Source: Octopus bimaculoides
Taxonomy: Eukaryota
NCBI RefSeq assembly: GCF_001194135.2
Contig: NC_068997.1
Span: 10,987,021 to 11,051,020, forward strand
Direction: 5' to 3'
DNA length: 64,000 bases
Shown in pieces: positions 50,331-64,000 of this stretch. The notes below the pieces were generated by a model. That model was not told where the DNA came from. It worked only from the letters and a program-made list of their open reading frames with translations, and did no database searches. The translations under genes and the position numbers were made by a program. Each line of letters begins with the position of its first letter. Position 1 is the first letter of the stretch.

Positions 50331-53300
50331 TGAGTTTTGTCGTTGTTGTTGCTACAGTTGTTGCTTTTCTCTATTTTTGTTTTTGGTGTTGTTGTTGCTG
50401 TGATTGATTTTCTTTATTCTGAACATACATAAGATCATACATAAGAATTACGTACGAAAAAAGAAATGTTTCTGCCGTTCCCTTTTTTGCCAATAATATA
50501 CTTCGGATAATCTATCTTACCTTCCACTCTCTTATCCATTAGTGTTACATCTCTCATTCTTTTATCTCTTGTTATTGTTTTGTGGATATATTCGTGTAAA
50601 CATCCATTTACTTTGTTTATATGCATTTCAATATGGCATGCTCTGTTTTAGCCACAGAGTGTATAGCTACGAAAATGACAGTTGCTGGGTATATACTCTT
50701 CATATTTTTGAAAGCACAGAAACAAATGGAAAGAAAAATACGTAGAATAAAAAAAATGTTAGCAATGCCGAAGCAGATGAATTATAAGCAAAACCAGCAG
50801 AATTTGACAAGAACAACTTAAAAGCTTGTTCTGAAAATTCAAATATAAGTGGAAGAAAAATGACAACTAATACATTAGGAGCATCAGCTGATCCTTTGAT
50901 AGGGATGGAAAAAAGGTACAATAACTATATCACAAAAGAATGCTTCTCCCAATAAAAAGGCGTTCAGGAAAAATTGAGAGTTCAGTTTCTCATAAATCAG
51001 ACGTACAAAAAATAAAAACGACGCTCATCATTGGTTTTGGTAAATTGCTGGTGCACCCAGTGGAAATCAGTCATTAACTATGAAGGAGTAGAGGAGAAAA
51101 TGGACGCCTGAGTTCTGATGTAACACGAATCCAATACTCTACCGGATATTTGCCCAGTGTGATAATGAAGTAGTCAATATGATCGTAGGAAGGCAAACAA
51201 AACAGTTACTACAAATATGTAATTAACAACTATTTCAAGGCTGTGTGTGAAATGAAATGAAAAATGTGGGAGGTCGGCAGACAGTGGTGACAGGAATAAC
51301 AATATTTCGCTTGAATATGTGCCTACCGCAGCTTCCCCAGGATTGGCAGCAGAAACCTCTGTAAAGATAGAGAAGAATGAATCAAAGATATGTAAAATTT
51401 CTTCAGTATGGGAGGCCGAACAGAAATGTCACCGAGTAATGAGATGGTTTCTGACTGAAGCATTTGGCAGGCCAGCGGCTCAGGTCAGCAGTAAAACTGT
51501 GATGATGCACATGTAATATAGTGAGGAGTAGGAAACATGCACAAACATAATTACAAGATAACAGAACTGAAGAGAAACTATAGAATAAAATACATCTAAA
51601 AATAAGTAGGCTATAAAGGGTCATTCCACATAAAGGCCACTGTTCGCCTCTAGAAGTGCCCCGCGTGATTGTTCAAATTGGAGAGGAAAATCATGGATAT
51701 GTTGATTGATGTGAAACAGAGCGAGAAAAGCGCCATGCTGATAGGGACGATGTAGGAGGTCGATAAAGACGATAGTTAAAATGATCGGAATTTGGTGAAA
51801 TATATTCGAAAACCTATCAACAGCCAAGAATTTACAAACAGATTCGAGGTTCGTCCAAAATTGTTATACAAGCAGGCAAATTCGGAGAACCCAATCTTCT
51901 GAAGGTAAAATCGGTGTATAAGTTGATTTGAGAAATTAAATAAACTGATTGTAGTACATTTTTGCGGCACCATTATGTATATGTGTACCAGGACCCACGT
52001 CGTGTAGTTGCATTCGTATGCCACATTTTGTGTAGTAAATATGAACCCTCATTCTCCAAAATAAGATTTATTTTTGTTGTTGTGGCTGTGGCAAAATTTA
52101 TTATGTTGCAGGTACTTTTTACCTTATCGTCATCTTGCAGAGATTTTACAATTAATAGATGGATTTTTGTGTCTGAAACGTGAATGTACTCTATGCGGAC
52201 TTATAGCACGATAAACGATATAATTGAAATGTAATATCATATTTTCGATGTTTTGGTTGTAGTGCTTGCCATTTACTCTCTAAAGATATGCACATTCCTG
52301 ACCAGTAAGTAAAATTATTTTCTGGTATTTGGACAATTCTAAAATTTCTTAAACTCTTTCATTTATTGGAATTTTAGAATGTGCTTCGTGCAGCTCTCTA
52401 TGTTGCCTTTTCCTTTGACGAATTTCCCTCAGAATGTCATAAATATTTCCATATCGAAAACATATATTGTAGTACCGGCAGTTGAACCAAGATCAATCTG
52501 ATTATAGTCTTGCATATTTTATTGAATATTTGTTTATCTTATATCGGAAAATCATTGGGCGATGCTTACGAAAGATGAGAAACATAGAAAAGAGGGAGTG
52601 GTAAGTTATCTTCGTTGTTTCAAATGTCATTTTATTCTGAAGCTTCCACAGGCGGCCTTCTTGACTTAATATACGACAAATAGACTATAATTTTAGAGAC
52701 ATATATCGGCGTCGTCATCATCCCTCAGCGTGACTTCACCTAAACAATTAACACACCAAGTGATAATTGTATCAAACTGAAGATCCACAAAGCCTGGAGG
52801 GATGCTTCATGTGCATATATGCATACAAACATAGAAATATAACTTTCACAAAAGTCCATCAAAGTATCTCCGTAGAAACAATATTATCATTATAATTAAA
52901 TGAACAAATAACTGTTGTATCAGGTGAGACAAAAGAGAAAACTATACCTATGAAACATGGTCATGGAATAACCCATACCCTACGGCTTCTTTGGATATAT
53001 TAATGGCTTAGGAAACATAAAGAACCATGCAGAATAATACTGTTTAAATATTTATTAAACTTTTAATGCGTTAGAGATAAACTTTATGGTCGCCACACAA
53101 CCCTATTTTCTTCTAAATGACAGTTTAATTTATTGGGCATTTATTTAAAGTGAGGTGAACTAAAAATATAGAACCATTAACTACGTTGATAAAAATACAA
53201 AACTATGCGTATGTTATTATTTTCTGCCATTTATTTTCAAAAGATATACTTTATCATCATTAAACCAAAATGCATATTTCATCAATATAGCCAAAACCTA

Positions 53301-54959
53301 TCTTTCACACCACAGTATCTAGTTTTAACCCTCCACTAACAGACAAAATGCACAAATACATTCTTTTTGAGTTTATTGGAGATAATCCATTGGTCTGGAA
53401 AGAATTATAAAATGTGCCTTCAGATATGTTTTCACACATTAATATTTCTAAATTGTATAAATTTGTATTAAAATCTTCTTTGTTAGACACAAAGAAAATT
53501 AAATACTGAGAACTCATTTTATAAGTAAGATGTCTGTCAAAATTATAAAACTCATGGAATAATATATTCTAAAACAGGCCGTTCATTTATATTTTCTAAT
53601 GAACTCGTTACAATGAAAAATATTTTAGGTGAAATTATTTCTAAAAACTCGTGGAAGCCAGATCATCTTACTAAAGTATAGTGCATTGATGATTACGAAC
53701 AATTTGTTGTAAATGAACACAAATATATAAATTTGAAAGATACTTTCCATTCAAAATATAGCCTTACACACATTATAATTGTTTCTAATCTGGCGTATTA
53801 TTTAACGGAAGAAAAAGAAAAATCGTAACGTGTTTGATTCTTTTATTGAAGACATATTTACTGCAAAGACACTGATGATGGAGTAGATCGTGAAGCGAAC
53901 AATCCGACGGAAGCAGAATAATTAGGCAATCGCTGCATCCTATTTAATGCGGATGTATTATAAGAACGTCGTAATAATGCAGTATTTGTTCCGAAGAAGT
54001 ATCTCGATTACACGTTTCGTGCATAGAAACACATAGCTTCTGGGAGCAGATGAGATATGTCCAACACCGGAAGTGAAATTAATATGCTGCTCCAGTTTCC
54101 CTTCCACTGATATATATAAAAAACAAATGAGGATTATTCAGACTCCGGCGTAGATATTAACTCGTTGGCAGAGAAAGAATAAGATGGATTACGGTTAAGC
54201 TGGGTGTACAGATCTTTAGTTCTTTAGTCAATGATATTTACAAATTCAACACTCATTTGCTTCAATCTGCTTCTCACACCACTAAGTAGTGGTATCTCTT
54301 CAATTATTTAAAAAATATTTGTTAACGCAATTTCCTCCCGTGAAGGTTATAATTGCAACTAATTCATTGCAGTAGTCATTTTGAAAACAAATTTCCTTAC
54401 TAAAATGTGATATGATGGTGACGGAAATCAATAGGTAAGGATATATGGAGCTTATTTTATCAAATGTATGCCATAATCTATTTGAATGTCTTTTTTTATT
54501 TATACTCCATATTAAACCATTCGTAAGGTGTTCTCATTCGTATAATTAGTTATCTAATATAGTCAACATAATTAACTTCGACACTTCTAGATAATTAAGT
54601 GAACCGTGATATGTATATATATATATATTGGTATACACATATGTGCACTGTATTTATATATATATATATATATATACATACACATAGATAAATAGTTTGA
54701 TATAGATATAGATATAAATGTATAGGTATATGCTATATGCAATTTAACCTTAATATAATAAAGACTCGATATAATGAATATTTCCTGAGGTAAATAATCT
54801 ACTTATCATATATCGAATAATCAATGAAAGAATCTTGGAGCTTCCATTATAACCTTCAGAATTCCTAGTACTATTTAGAGGGCTGTAATTTTAAGATCTC
54901 ACTTCCATCTATAGAAGGGAACAGTGGATAAATGATTATAAAATAGTCCTCATGCTTAT

Positions 54960-54994
54960 GCACACATACGCGCACGCACACAGACACACACACA

Positions 54995-55033
<39 letters not shown>

Positions 55034-55110
55034 ACACACACACACACAGACACACACACACAGAGACACACATATATATGTGAATATATATATATATATA
55101 TATATAATTT
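54960..55110. repeat. (CA)n/(TA)n microsatellite
   Basis: Directly visible. Confidence 0.94.
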
Positions 55111-56624
55111 ATATATAATATATATACAAAATATAGTTTCACCCTTACTACGAATTTGTTTCAATTCTTACTAACTCTGCACGTTCCTTCGTTTGCCCTC
55201 ACATTGTGTATATGAACAATATTAATAAAACGCGATGTGTAACAAAATTTAAACAGACATTATTGCTCATGCCTAACTTCTCCTCTTTCAATTCGTCCTC
55301 ATATTTTATCTGAAATAATACGGTAAATATACTTTACAAAACATAGCGTTGCTACATTCCTTGGATGTTTCTGTTTTCGTTTTTGATTGAGGAGATTTTC
55401 TTGTCTATCACCCTCGTGTTGGATTTAACTATTAAGGAATAAGATAAATTATATTATCCCTGCTGAAGAAGACTGTAAAGAGGCCATACGTGAAAGTCAA
55501 TGCAGTAGTGCGAAAAGAAGTTGTAAAGGGATTTCTTTCGACGTTAAATAATTTTTTTTCTTCCGAATATCTCTCCATTCCAGCATTATATTAGCAAAAA
55601 CAGAAATATATAAAGCTATTGTTAGCAGAAGCTCTTAAAAGGAAAAGAACAAAATGCTTTTATCTTAATCGCATTGCTTTAGCTTTTCTTACATCCTATT
55701 TCTCGTTGAACAATAAGGCCCTATCATATAAAAGTAAAGGATTTCAAGCAACTGAAAATCAGTGTAATGTATTTTATTCTCCTGACCAGAATGCAATATA
55801 TTTTGACTCATGTGACTGTGTAGAGATATTACAAAAATTTCTAACTTTTGAAAATATCTTTGTCTTAACTTTCTTTTGTAACTACACAAACTGAAAAAAT
55901 CCTGGTTTCGTTGTTAAATCTGACGAAGCTAATTCTGCCTAATCGCCACCCAAGATATTGGAATATATATGCTTTATACATGTATAAAATTGAAGACTTG
56001 GTTAATTAGCCAATATTATCATCTTCCTAAAGAAAAGGTTTTTCAATATATGTACATAAACTATGATTAATTTCTGATGAGCATTCCAGATACGATATTT
56101 CCTACAAAATTGTTTGTAATGGCGCCTGCATAGGAAAGATTTATGTAAAGAACTTCCAGCAGTGGAGCTTTGTTTGCAATATAGAATTTATTGCAATAAT
56201 GTGTTTTGATGCGATAACTCTAATTGGTTAAAACGGAATATTGCACGGCGCTTTAATTTATTCTTTATACAAACCACTCGGTAAGTTTACAGCTACATAT
56301 CTTATGCTATTTATCACAGAACTGCTGAGAAATATTGTTTGTGTTTATTGATGTTATACCGGAATTGAAAATATTTGACTATATATTAAAACGATATTTA
56401 CTATTTTGTTAAATGCTGGACGTTGTGTAGAAATGCAAGTAATTATTATTTTCTTTATATCTTGTTTAATTGATTTCCAATGCCTAATGGGCGAAGATAA
56501 TTTATAAAACTCTGTCCATTTACAAAATACAAGTTAACGATATCTTCGTTAATATCACGTTCATTCAAATATTACCAAGGCTGTTAAATATTCCCCAATT
56601 ACAAGCATTATTATCAAAATCAGA

Positions 56625-56812
56625 GAAACGGCAAGCTGGGAGAATAGTTACAACACAGGACAAATGCTTAGAGGCATTTCGTTCGTCTTTACGTTCTGTG
56701 TTCATATTCCACTGAGGTTCAATTTGCTTCTCATCCTTTCGGGGTCGATGTAATCGGGTCTCCTTCTTCCATAAATTTCAAATCTTGTGCCTATTGTAGA
56801 AAAGATTATTAG
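56625..56812 (+). mobile_element. SINE family C copy, internally deleted
   Basis: ggcaagctgggagaatagtt...aaatgcttag...gtctttacgttctg...catcctttcggggtcgatgtaatcg...cttgtgcctattgtagaaaagattatt. Confidence 0.8.
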
Positions 56813-57403
56813 AAAGTCAAACAGTTGAATGCTAATGTGAAAAATACCCCGTTACTAATATTTATAGAGTCCACGAAGGAAAACGTAAATATAATTTAGA
56901 CAGACTATCTAAAATCTTAAAATAAAATAAATACTAGCATGATGGATGCAGTGAAGAGAATTTATTGTATTTAATCAACATTACATGTCTTGTGATAAAA
57001 CTATCATTATCTACATAATGAATTCAGGATACAGAAATATTTAAACCACAACTCAGAAAGTATTAATTTATTAAATATAGAATGCAATGTTGTGATGATT
57101 TAATTTTCAATAATACTGCAACAAATGTCGACAAGTTTGAAACAAATTAGATTTCATGAAGAAATTTGTTTTTTCTAATCATAGCCGCAGTATTGTGGGC
57201 TAACGTACTAATCGTGAATAAATACTGAATGACGTAACTACATAAAGGAGGTTAGGGAAATTACATCGAGAGACACCTACGGATTCAAATCGTAATAGTG
57301 GTGTGGGTGAGAACATAATGAAGGCAGTAAGCCGAGACATTAAAACTCATTAATAATATACACGACGTGAGAAGAGTAATCATTATTTAAACGCTAATTC
57401 TTG

Positions 57404-57407
<4 letters not shown>

Positions 57408-57463
<56 letters not shown>

Positions 57464-58367
57464 NNNNNNNNNNNNNNNNNNNNNNNNNNNNNNNNNNNNN
57501 NNNNNNNNNNNNNNNNNNNNNNNNNNNNNNNNNNNNNNNNNNNNNNNNNNNNNNNNNNNNNNNNNNNNNNNNNNNNNNNNNNNNNNNNNNNNNNNNNNNN
57601 NNNNNNNNNNNNNNNNNNNNNNNNNNNNNNNNNNNNNNNNNNNNNNNNNNNNNNNNNNNNNNNNNNNNNNNNNNNNNNNNNNNNNNNNNNNNNNNNNNNN
57701 NNNNNNNNNNNNNNNNNNNNNNNNNNNNNNNNNNNNNNNNNNNNNNNNNNNNNNNNNNNNNNNNNNNNNNNNNNNNNNNNNNNNNNNNNNNNNNNNNNNN
57801 NNNNNNNNNNNNNNNNNNNNNNNNNNNNNNNNNNNNNNNNNNNNNNNNNNNNNNNNNNNNNNNNNNNNNNNNNNNNNNNNNNNNNNNNNNNNNNNNNNNN
57901 NNNNNNNNNNNNNNNNNNNNNNNNNNNNNNNNNNNNNNNNNNNNNNNNNNNNNNNNNNNNNNNNNNNNNNNNNNNNNNNNNNNNNNNNNNNNNNNNNNNN
58001 NNNNNNNNNNNNNNNNNNNNNNNNNNNNNNNNNNNNNNNNNNNNNNNNNNNNNNNNNNNNNNNNNNNNNNNNNNNNNNNNNNNNNNNNNNNNNNNNNNNN
58101 NNNNNNNNNNNNNNNNNNNNNNNNNNNNNNNNNNNNNNNNNNNNNNNNNNNNNNNNNNNNNNNNNNNNNNNNNNNNNNNNNNNNNNNNNNNNNNNNNNNN
58201 NNNNNNNNNNNNNNNNNNNNNNNNNNNNNNNNNNNNNNNNNNNNNNNNNNNNNNNNNNNNNNNNNNNNNNNNNNNNNNNNNNNNNNNNNNNNNNNNNNNN
58301 NNNNNNNNNNNNNNNNNNNNNNNNNNNNNNNNNNNNNNNNNNNNNNNNNNNNNNNNNNNNNNNNNNN

Positions 58368-58423
<56 letters not shown>

Positions 58424-58467
58424 TGTGTGTGCGTGTGTTTGTTTGTTCGTGCGCGTGTGTGTGTGTA
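57408..58467. repeat. (GA)n, large gap, (TG)n
   Basis: Directly visible. Confidence 0.93.
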
Positions 58468-58895
58468 TTTCAAAATACAATCATTATTGTTTCCTTTTGA
58501 TACGCTGAATTATATAACGGATTGCTCAATATTGCGAGCAAGTTCTTTTCATTTAACAGACAATGAGTTTGTGAACATTTGGCTGCAAGTATACATTTAA
58601 ATATATTGGGAATTGTAAGCAATACAATCTATTCTGCTAGATATTAAGCTAAATATCTTACAAAATCAAAATAACTATGAAAAGAGAACTTTTAAACTTT
58701 ATCTCACCCGCATTCCCCTGAGAAGCAACGGAAACTGAACATTATGACCAATATCAGTAGATTTTATTAGATATTCCGTTTAATGTCTAGTAACATGGAT
58801 TGTTTTGCTTTCCAGTATGTTTAAGAGTATACTTTCGCACACACGAACAGCCATTGATACAGACACACATGCACACTCACATAAAATCATTCACT

Positions 58896-58896
58896 G

Positions 58897-58971
<75 letters not shown>

Positions 58972-58975
58972 GAGT
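58896..58975. repeat. (GATA)n-(GA)n microsatellite
   Basis: Directly visible. Confidence 0.94.
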
Positions 58976-60679
58976 TGCATACATGTATATATGTATGTAT
59001 GCTTGTATGTATTTATATATGCACGCATATATAAGAACATACTTAAGTATACACGTATTTACATGGTTTTGTTTTGTTTATAGTAACATGTAATGAAATC
59101 AATTTTGCATTATACTGAAGGCTTATTCAACAGCTTTTGTAGAATAAATTCTTTAACATAAATACCTTTTTAAAAGTAACTTCGAACTTTCTTTCTAACT
59201 AACCAAGACATCGAATACACCCACACACACACTCACACACATATACATGCACACATACACACGCACACGCACACACACACACACAGACACATACAAGCAC
59301 ATACATATATATGTATATATATATATATANNNNNNNNNNNNNNNNNNNNNNNNNNNNNNNNNNNNNNNNNNNNNNNNNNNNNNNNNNNNNNNNNNNNNNN
59401 NNNNNNNNNNNNNNNNNNNNNNNNNNNNNNNNNNNNNNNNNNNNNNNNNNNNNNNNNNNNNNNNNNNNNNNNNNNNNNNNNNNNNNNNNNNNNNNNNNNN
59501 NNNNNNNNNNNNNNNNNNNNNNNNNNNNNNNNNNNNNNNNNNNNNNNNNNNNNNNNNNNNNNNNNNNNNNNNNNNNNNNNNNNNNNNNNNNNNNNNNNNN
59601 NNNNNNNNNNNNNNNNNNNNNNNNNNNNNNNNNNNNNNNNNNNNNNNNNNNNNNNNNNNNNNNNNNNNNNNNNNNNNNNNNNNNNNNNNNNNNNNNNNNN
59701 NNNNNNNNNNNNNNNNNNNNNNNNNNNNNNNNNNNNNNNNNNNNNNNNNNNNNNNNNNNNNNNNNNNNNNNNNNNNNNNNNNNNNNNNNNNNNNNNNNNN
59801 NNNNNNNNNNNNNNNNNNNNNNNNNNNNNNNNGGGCTGTTGAGATAGCAAGAGTTATCTAGAAATGGTGAAGATTTGTATTACTACTATGGTGCTCCTGT
59901 GGGGATGGGGTGTGTGATAGGAGTAGTGGTGTCATATGCATAATTCTATCTGGGAGAGTAGGTATATATATGTCTTAGCTAATGTGTGATTGGGTATTCA
60001 TCGTCGTGGAAAGGGTTTTTTTTCGTAAGCTTAAATGACCGCTACTCAAGGAGAGTAATCTGTCTCCCTTTTATTATTTCTTTTACTGCACTAACCACGA
60101 ATTCTCTCTGTCTTCGATGATACTCACTCAGCGTATTTTCTTTAAAAGTTTGGCACATCTCTAATTTTGACAACAACGTACTATTTCTAACGTGGTCGAA
60201 ATTGGATTGTTCCAGAAAGTTGCAAGAATCGTACAGTTTCAATAATTATTTCGTCGTGAGATTCGATCGCTGAATCTAAAATAGCAATCATGCACATGAA
60301 GCTACCTCTTGAAAAGTTTACCACTGTTGATGCCAAATGTTGAGTCAATTGAAATTACATAAATATCATATATCAATTGTCAGAAAGCCATCACACTTGA
60401 TACGCTGCAGAAGAAGTTGCCAAATTTGTTGAAAGTTAATTGAAAATATTTAGTGATACATCTCCATATACAAAAGAATATATGCAAAGATACATTCAAG
60501 AATATATACAATAGATGTGTGTAATAAAATATGAAAATGTATAAGGGTGTCGGTGCGTGTGTGTTTATGAGTGCGAGCTAGTATATGTATAAATGTATAT
60601 AGGAATATGTATGTATGCATATATCCATAAGCATTATTTACAGACACATATATACATATGTCGAGTATATAGGGGTGAT

Positions 60680-61740
60680 TTTCAAAATCGTAGCAGAAAA
60701 GGTAATTCTTCTTCGGCAAAAGGTATCCATCCCTTGTGTTACGATTGAATCAGTTAAACCGAAAATCTTCAACTTTTATCTAAAGTACTAAGTCGTAGTA
60801 AAATCTGTGGAAAATAGAAAAAAAGTGTATCATCGTTTCAAACATAGTGTGATGTGTTTAAAAACAATGCAGCAAAAATATTTATTTGACATTTCCTGTT
60901 CCAAGTGCATCTCTTTTAAAATGTTCAGTTATAGTAGAGACGAAAAATACCACAGTGAGAACAAGAGTTTTTACAAGATAAACTGAAAAAAATCGAAAAA
61001 TGATCAGTGGTGGAATAGATCAAGCAGTATCTAAACAGAAAGTTCAGAGGTTCATTAGAAAGAATCACAGTCACCCCTCTACGTCAGCAAACGATTCTTA
61101 ATTGATAGCGTTTTCATCAAGCAATGAATCCGGAAATGGATCACTAGATGAAGAATTTCCAAATGCGTTTTCCGTGAAACGAAAACACATCAGCATGAGC
61201 AAAAATGTAAGTTCAAAAACACTAATAAAACGAATGTAAAAACTCAGAACTAGTGTCTGTCTGTGTCCGCACAGGTGTGTCAGACCGTGCTACTGCTCTT
61301 AGAAGTTCGGCCATCATTGACTTAACGGCAAGTACATCTAGAGAATGTTCTTTCGTTATAGACGAATCGAAAGTATGGCAGGAATGATCCAGAAAACATA
61401 AATCCCTGCTGCAGGAAGGTAGGTCATATAAACCATTGTGTGTCGTGTATATTGATAGAAGGAAGGACACAACCCTCATAAGTGAACAAATGGAAAAAGC
61501 ATTTCGTAAGAAAACAGTTCAAGAACATATTTCAGTAATAGAAGAACCTGAGTCCCGCTATCTTGGGCACTTTGCTGCTAAAACGGGTTCTGCAATAGCC
61601 ATTTCTGGTGGCTTGTTGAATTATTTGGAAACCAATGAGATAGTAACCAATCACATGATAGCTGCAGGTTGTGATGGTACTGCAGTCAATACAGAACCAA
61701 AAGGAGGCGCCGCTAGACTTTTGGAGGATAAATTGACCTT
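60680..61740 (+). pseudogene. Decayed hAT-superfamily (hATm/hAT19-like) DDE transposase
   Basis: Collinear peptides with stops and frameshifts: IVAEKVILLRQKVSIP; LFDISCSKC; EQEFLQD..RKMISGGID; CVRTGVSDRATA; VIDESKV; YIDRRKDTTL; QEHISVIEEPESRYLGHF; AAGCDGTAVNTEPKGGAARLLEDKL (GCDGTAVNTG.KGG..RLLE carries the first catalytic D). Confidence 0.85.
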
Positions 61741-61751
61741 AGAAATTACAA

Positions 61752-61812
61752 ACAGACGAAATTCCCTGAAGTATCCTGTCCGAAATGCTAACGATTGTGC
61801 TAGCTCATTGCC
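61752..61812 (-). mobile_element. SINE family C head fragment at the point where transposase homology ends
   Basis: cagacgaaat...gctaacgattgtgctagctcattgcct resembles the RC of the family C head. Confidence 0.5.
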
Positions 61813-63850
61813 TTTGCACATGTAGTAATTGAAAACGAATAAAACGTGAATCCTCACTCGAGATTTCAAAACCAATCTCATGTTTGAGGAAGTTCACTTC
61901 CATTATTACTCAACGCAAATAAACAGACGGCTTAATAGAAGTGATTAACCTAGTCGTGAGATGGACATAAGGACGCTTTGTCTGATTTGCTCGCATGTAA
62001 ATGCTACGACCATGTGATGTTAGTTCAGCGCAAGATATGATGGAAGAGAAGGTAGATATTTGTGCATGAACATGTGTCTGTACGATACGTCGGTGCATCC
62101 TCATCCCTGTACGTATGTGCATCGTGTGCGTGTGTGGTTGTGTGTGTGTGTGTGTCAATAGATACGTCCGTGTGTGTTCGTCGTGTGGGATGGTACAACG
62201 TACTACTGCTGGTGCCCTCATATTAAAAAAAAAAACAAAAGTATCATATCATCCAGAGACTGTAGATGAATGCATCGTATTTCACGTCTAGACAAGTATA
62301 TACGTCGCAAAATAGCGATGTGCATCTTTCTTAAATTTTACGTGCTTGATCAATAAAATTACTACGTCAGAAATGTGAAAAACTACAAAACCTATTTTCT
62401 TTAGAATTCCAAATTCTTTTTATTTGTTTTCAATGCAATATGCCGAGGGTATAATTGCAGTCTCTTATTTTCAGTAATGTCATTGATACCAAGTGTATTT
62501 ATGTTACATAATATGTTAAACATTTCAGTAGTTTTGGACTGCAGTACGCTAATATGGTCATGGTTGACATAGGCTTGGCATCTAACAGCACATAAAATAT
62601 ATAATATTCATAAAGGAATAACATGACGTTATTAAAACAATTTTATATAAGTTTACAGTTAAAGGCTGAGAGTGTATCGTTAGACACTACTTAAATGTAA
62701 GTGATTCTTTACGCCTGTACAAACATCGTGTTACTTCATATAGGCCTAACATTTTATAAGTTTAAACATGTACTACAAGCATTACCAGACATTTTCCTTT
62801 TGAATTTTTACTACAGTATTGAAGTATCAGTATTCACTAAAAATGCAATGATTCTATACGTGTTTCTGATTCCTCTTTGAAAATAGTATTATCTAAGTTG
62901 TTGAAAAATATTTGAAATTGGGTGACTGGTAAAATTCGGCAATTTGATAACAATAACAGAAAATATATTCCTGTGAAATTGCGAGATCCCTTTGTGATAT
63001 GAATACACATTTTCATAACGCCGTTGGTTAAACTATATTTCGCTTCCGTTTCCTACATGTGAAATCGTATATTTTATTAATTTCCACTGGTAAATATGTT
63101 ACTGATGTATAGATATCAAAAGAAGTGTAAATGTTTCATTTCTGTAGATTATTCTATAAATAAATGTATCATGTTTGGGCAGGCTATTCATTGCTTTCAT
63201 ATATATGTAGTCCTCAAAATGTCTCTGTTACGTCTGCAGTTCAGAAGACTAATCACTATGATTTATTTATTATGCTAAAGTAGTGTATAAAAAATGGCCA
63301 TTTTTATCTCGTATTAGTTTGAACATCACCAAGGTATATCAAAAGATGAAACATATCAAAGTCTACATTTATGAAAAAAAAAGAGAAAACAATGCGCAAT
63401 GTTTCTATCAGAACAAAAGGAATCCCCTTGAATATGAATCGTTGTGTACGCAGTGCTTCAAAAACATGAAATATATGATAATGCCGGACATGAGAATAGT
63501 TACCACAGTAATATTTTATGTTAGATCTGTCATTCAGCAGAAGCATATTTATAGAGCATGTGAGACAGCGAGTAAAGCTTATAATCTATTGATTGAAAAG
63601 TATTCAAAACTCGCTATATTATGGCAACTTTAGGCTTCAAATGACGGCCCCATATCATTCATGTCTATTAATTGCATTTCAAAAAGCAAACAGAATAAAA
63701 TATATATATAACGGTGATTGTAAATATTTAAAAATGTTATACGATAAAGTAAAGATTGTTAGTTCTTAAATTGACGCGGCAATTCAGCATCCCTATCTGC
63801 AAGTAACGCAAAATAAGGACTTTCAGGTACGACTAAGACTACTAAAACGC

Positions 63851-63864
63851 TGATGATGATGATG

Positions 63865-63935
<71 letters not shown>
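63851..63935. repeat. (GAT)n-(TAA)n microsatellite
   Basis: Directly visible. Confidence 0.96.
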
Positions 63936-63936
<1 letters not shown>

Positions 63937-64000
63937 GAACAGATATAGTTGTCAAAGATCATGAAGAAAAAAAATGCTTTCTAATTGATGTATCAATACC
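63933..64000 (+). mobile_element. 5'-truncated R4/Dong-type element starting in the restriction-like endonuclease domain; continues beyond the window
   Basis: NRTDIVVKDHEEKKCFLIDVSIP matches the RLE motif NRPDIVV.D...K.C.LID...P; begins directly in a (TAA)n tract. Confidence 0.88.

Noticed and set aside
54066-54125. ETS-type ACCGGAAGTG followed by a TATA-like run
   Set aside because: Single short motifs with no supporting exon or CpG-rich context
63283-63633. 116-aa plus-strand ORF
   Set aside because: AT-rich with a GTG start, no recognisable domain or splice context; compatible with chance
63759-63850. Minus-strand peptide VVPESPYFALLADRD resembling the MFS sugar-transporter PESP motif after a poly-Ile 'TM helix'
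   Set aside because: The hydrophobic stretch is just (TAT)n, the frame stops soon after, and there is no acceptor or neighbouring transporter exon

Overview
AT-rich eukaryotic DNA from a gapped draft assembly. The SINE families and microsatellite load resemble a cephalopod (Octopus-like) genome; this is an inference from repeat content. No long intact protein-coding ORF is present, and most ORF-track entries are microsatellite or N-gap artefacts. The window is intergenic or intronic sequence dominated by di-, tri- and tetranucleotide microsatellites and many tRNA-derived SINE copies. It holds three recognisable kinds of coding relic: a decayed hAT-superfamily transposase (60.7-61.7 kb), an RTE-clade LINE 3' end with a (GATA)n tail (30.3-30.7 kb), and four fragments of R4/Dong-type RLE non-LTR retrotransposons, each abutting (TAA)n or (GAT)n repeats. 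A mariner-derived MITE and a hAT MITE end are also present. The most interesting structures are a divergent inverted repeat pair carrying a hammerhead-ribozyme-like core (3.3-4.0 kb), a 121-bp near-perfect inverted templated insertion inside a SINE (5.3/6.1 kb), a perfect 36-bp palindrome (25.4 kb), a 32-bp perfect hairpin (1.1-1.2 kb), and a possible minus-strand promoter and first exon (28.7-28.95 kb) that is frame-compatible with an orphan 101-codon ORF at 20.5-20.8 kb. All gene models are low confidence.
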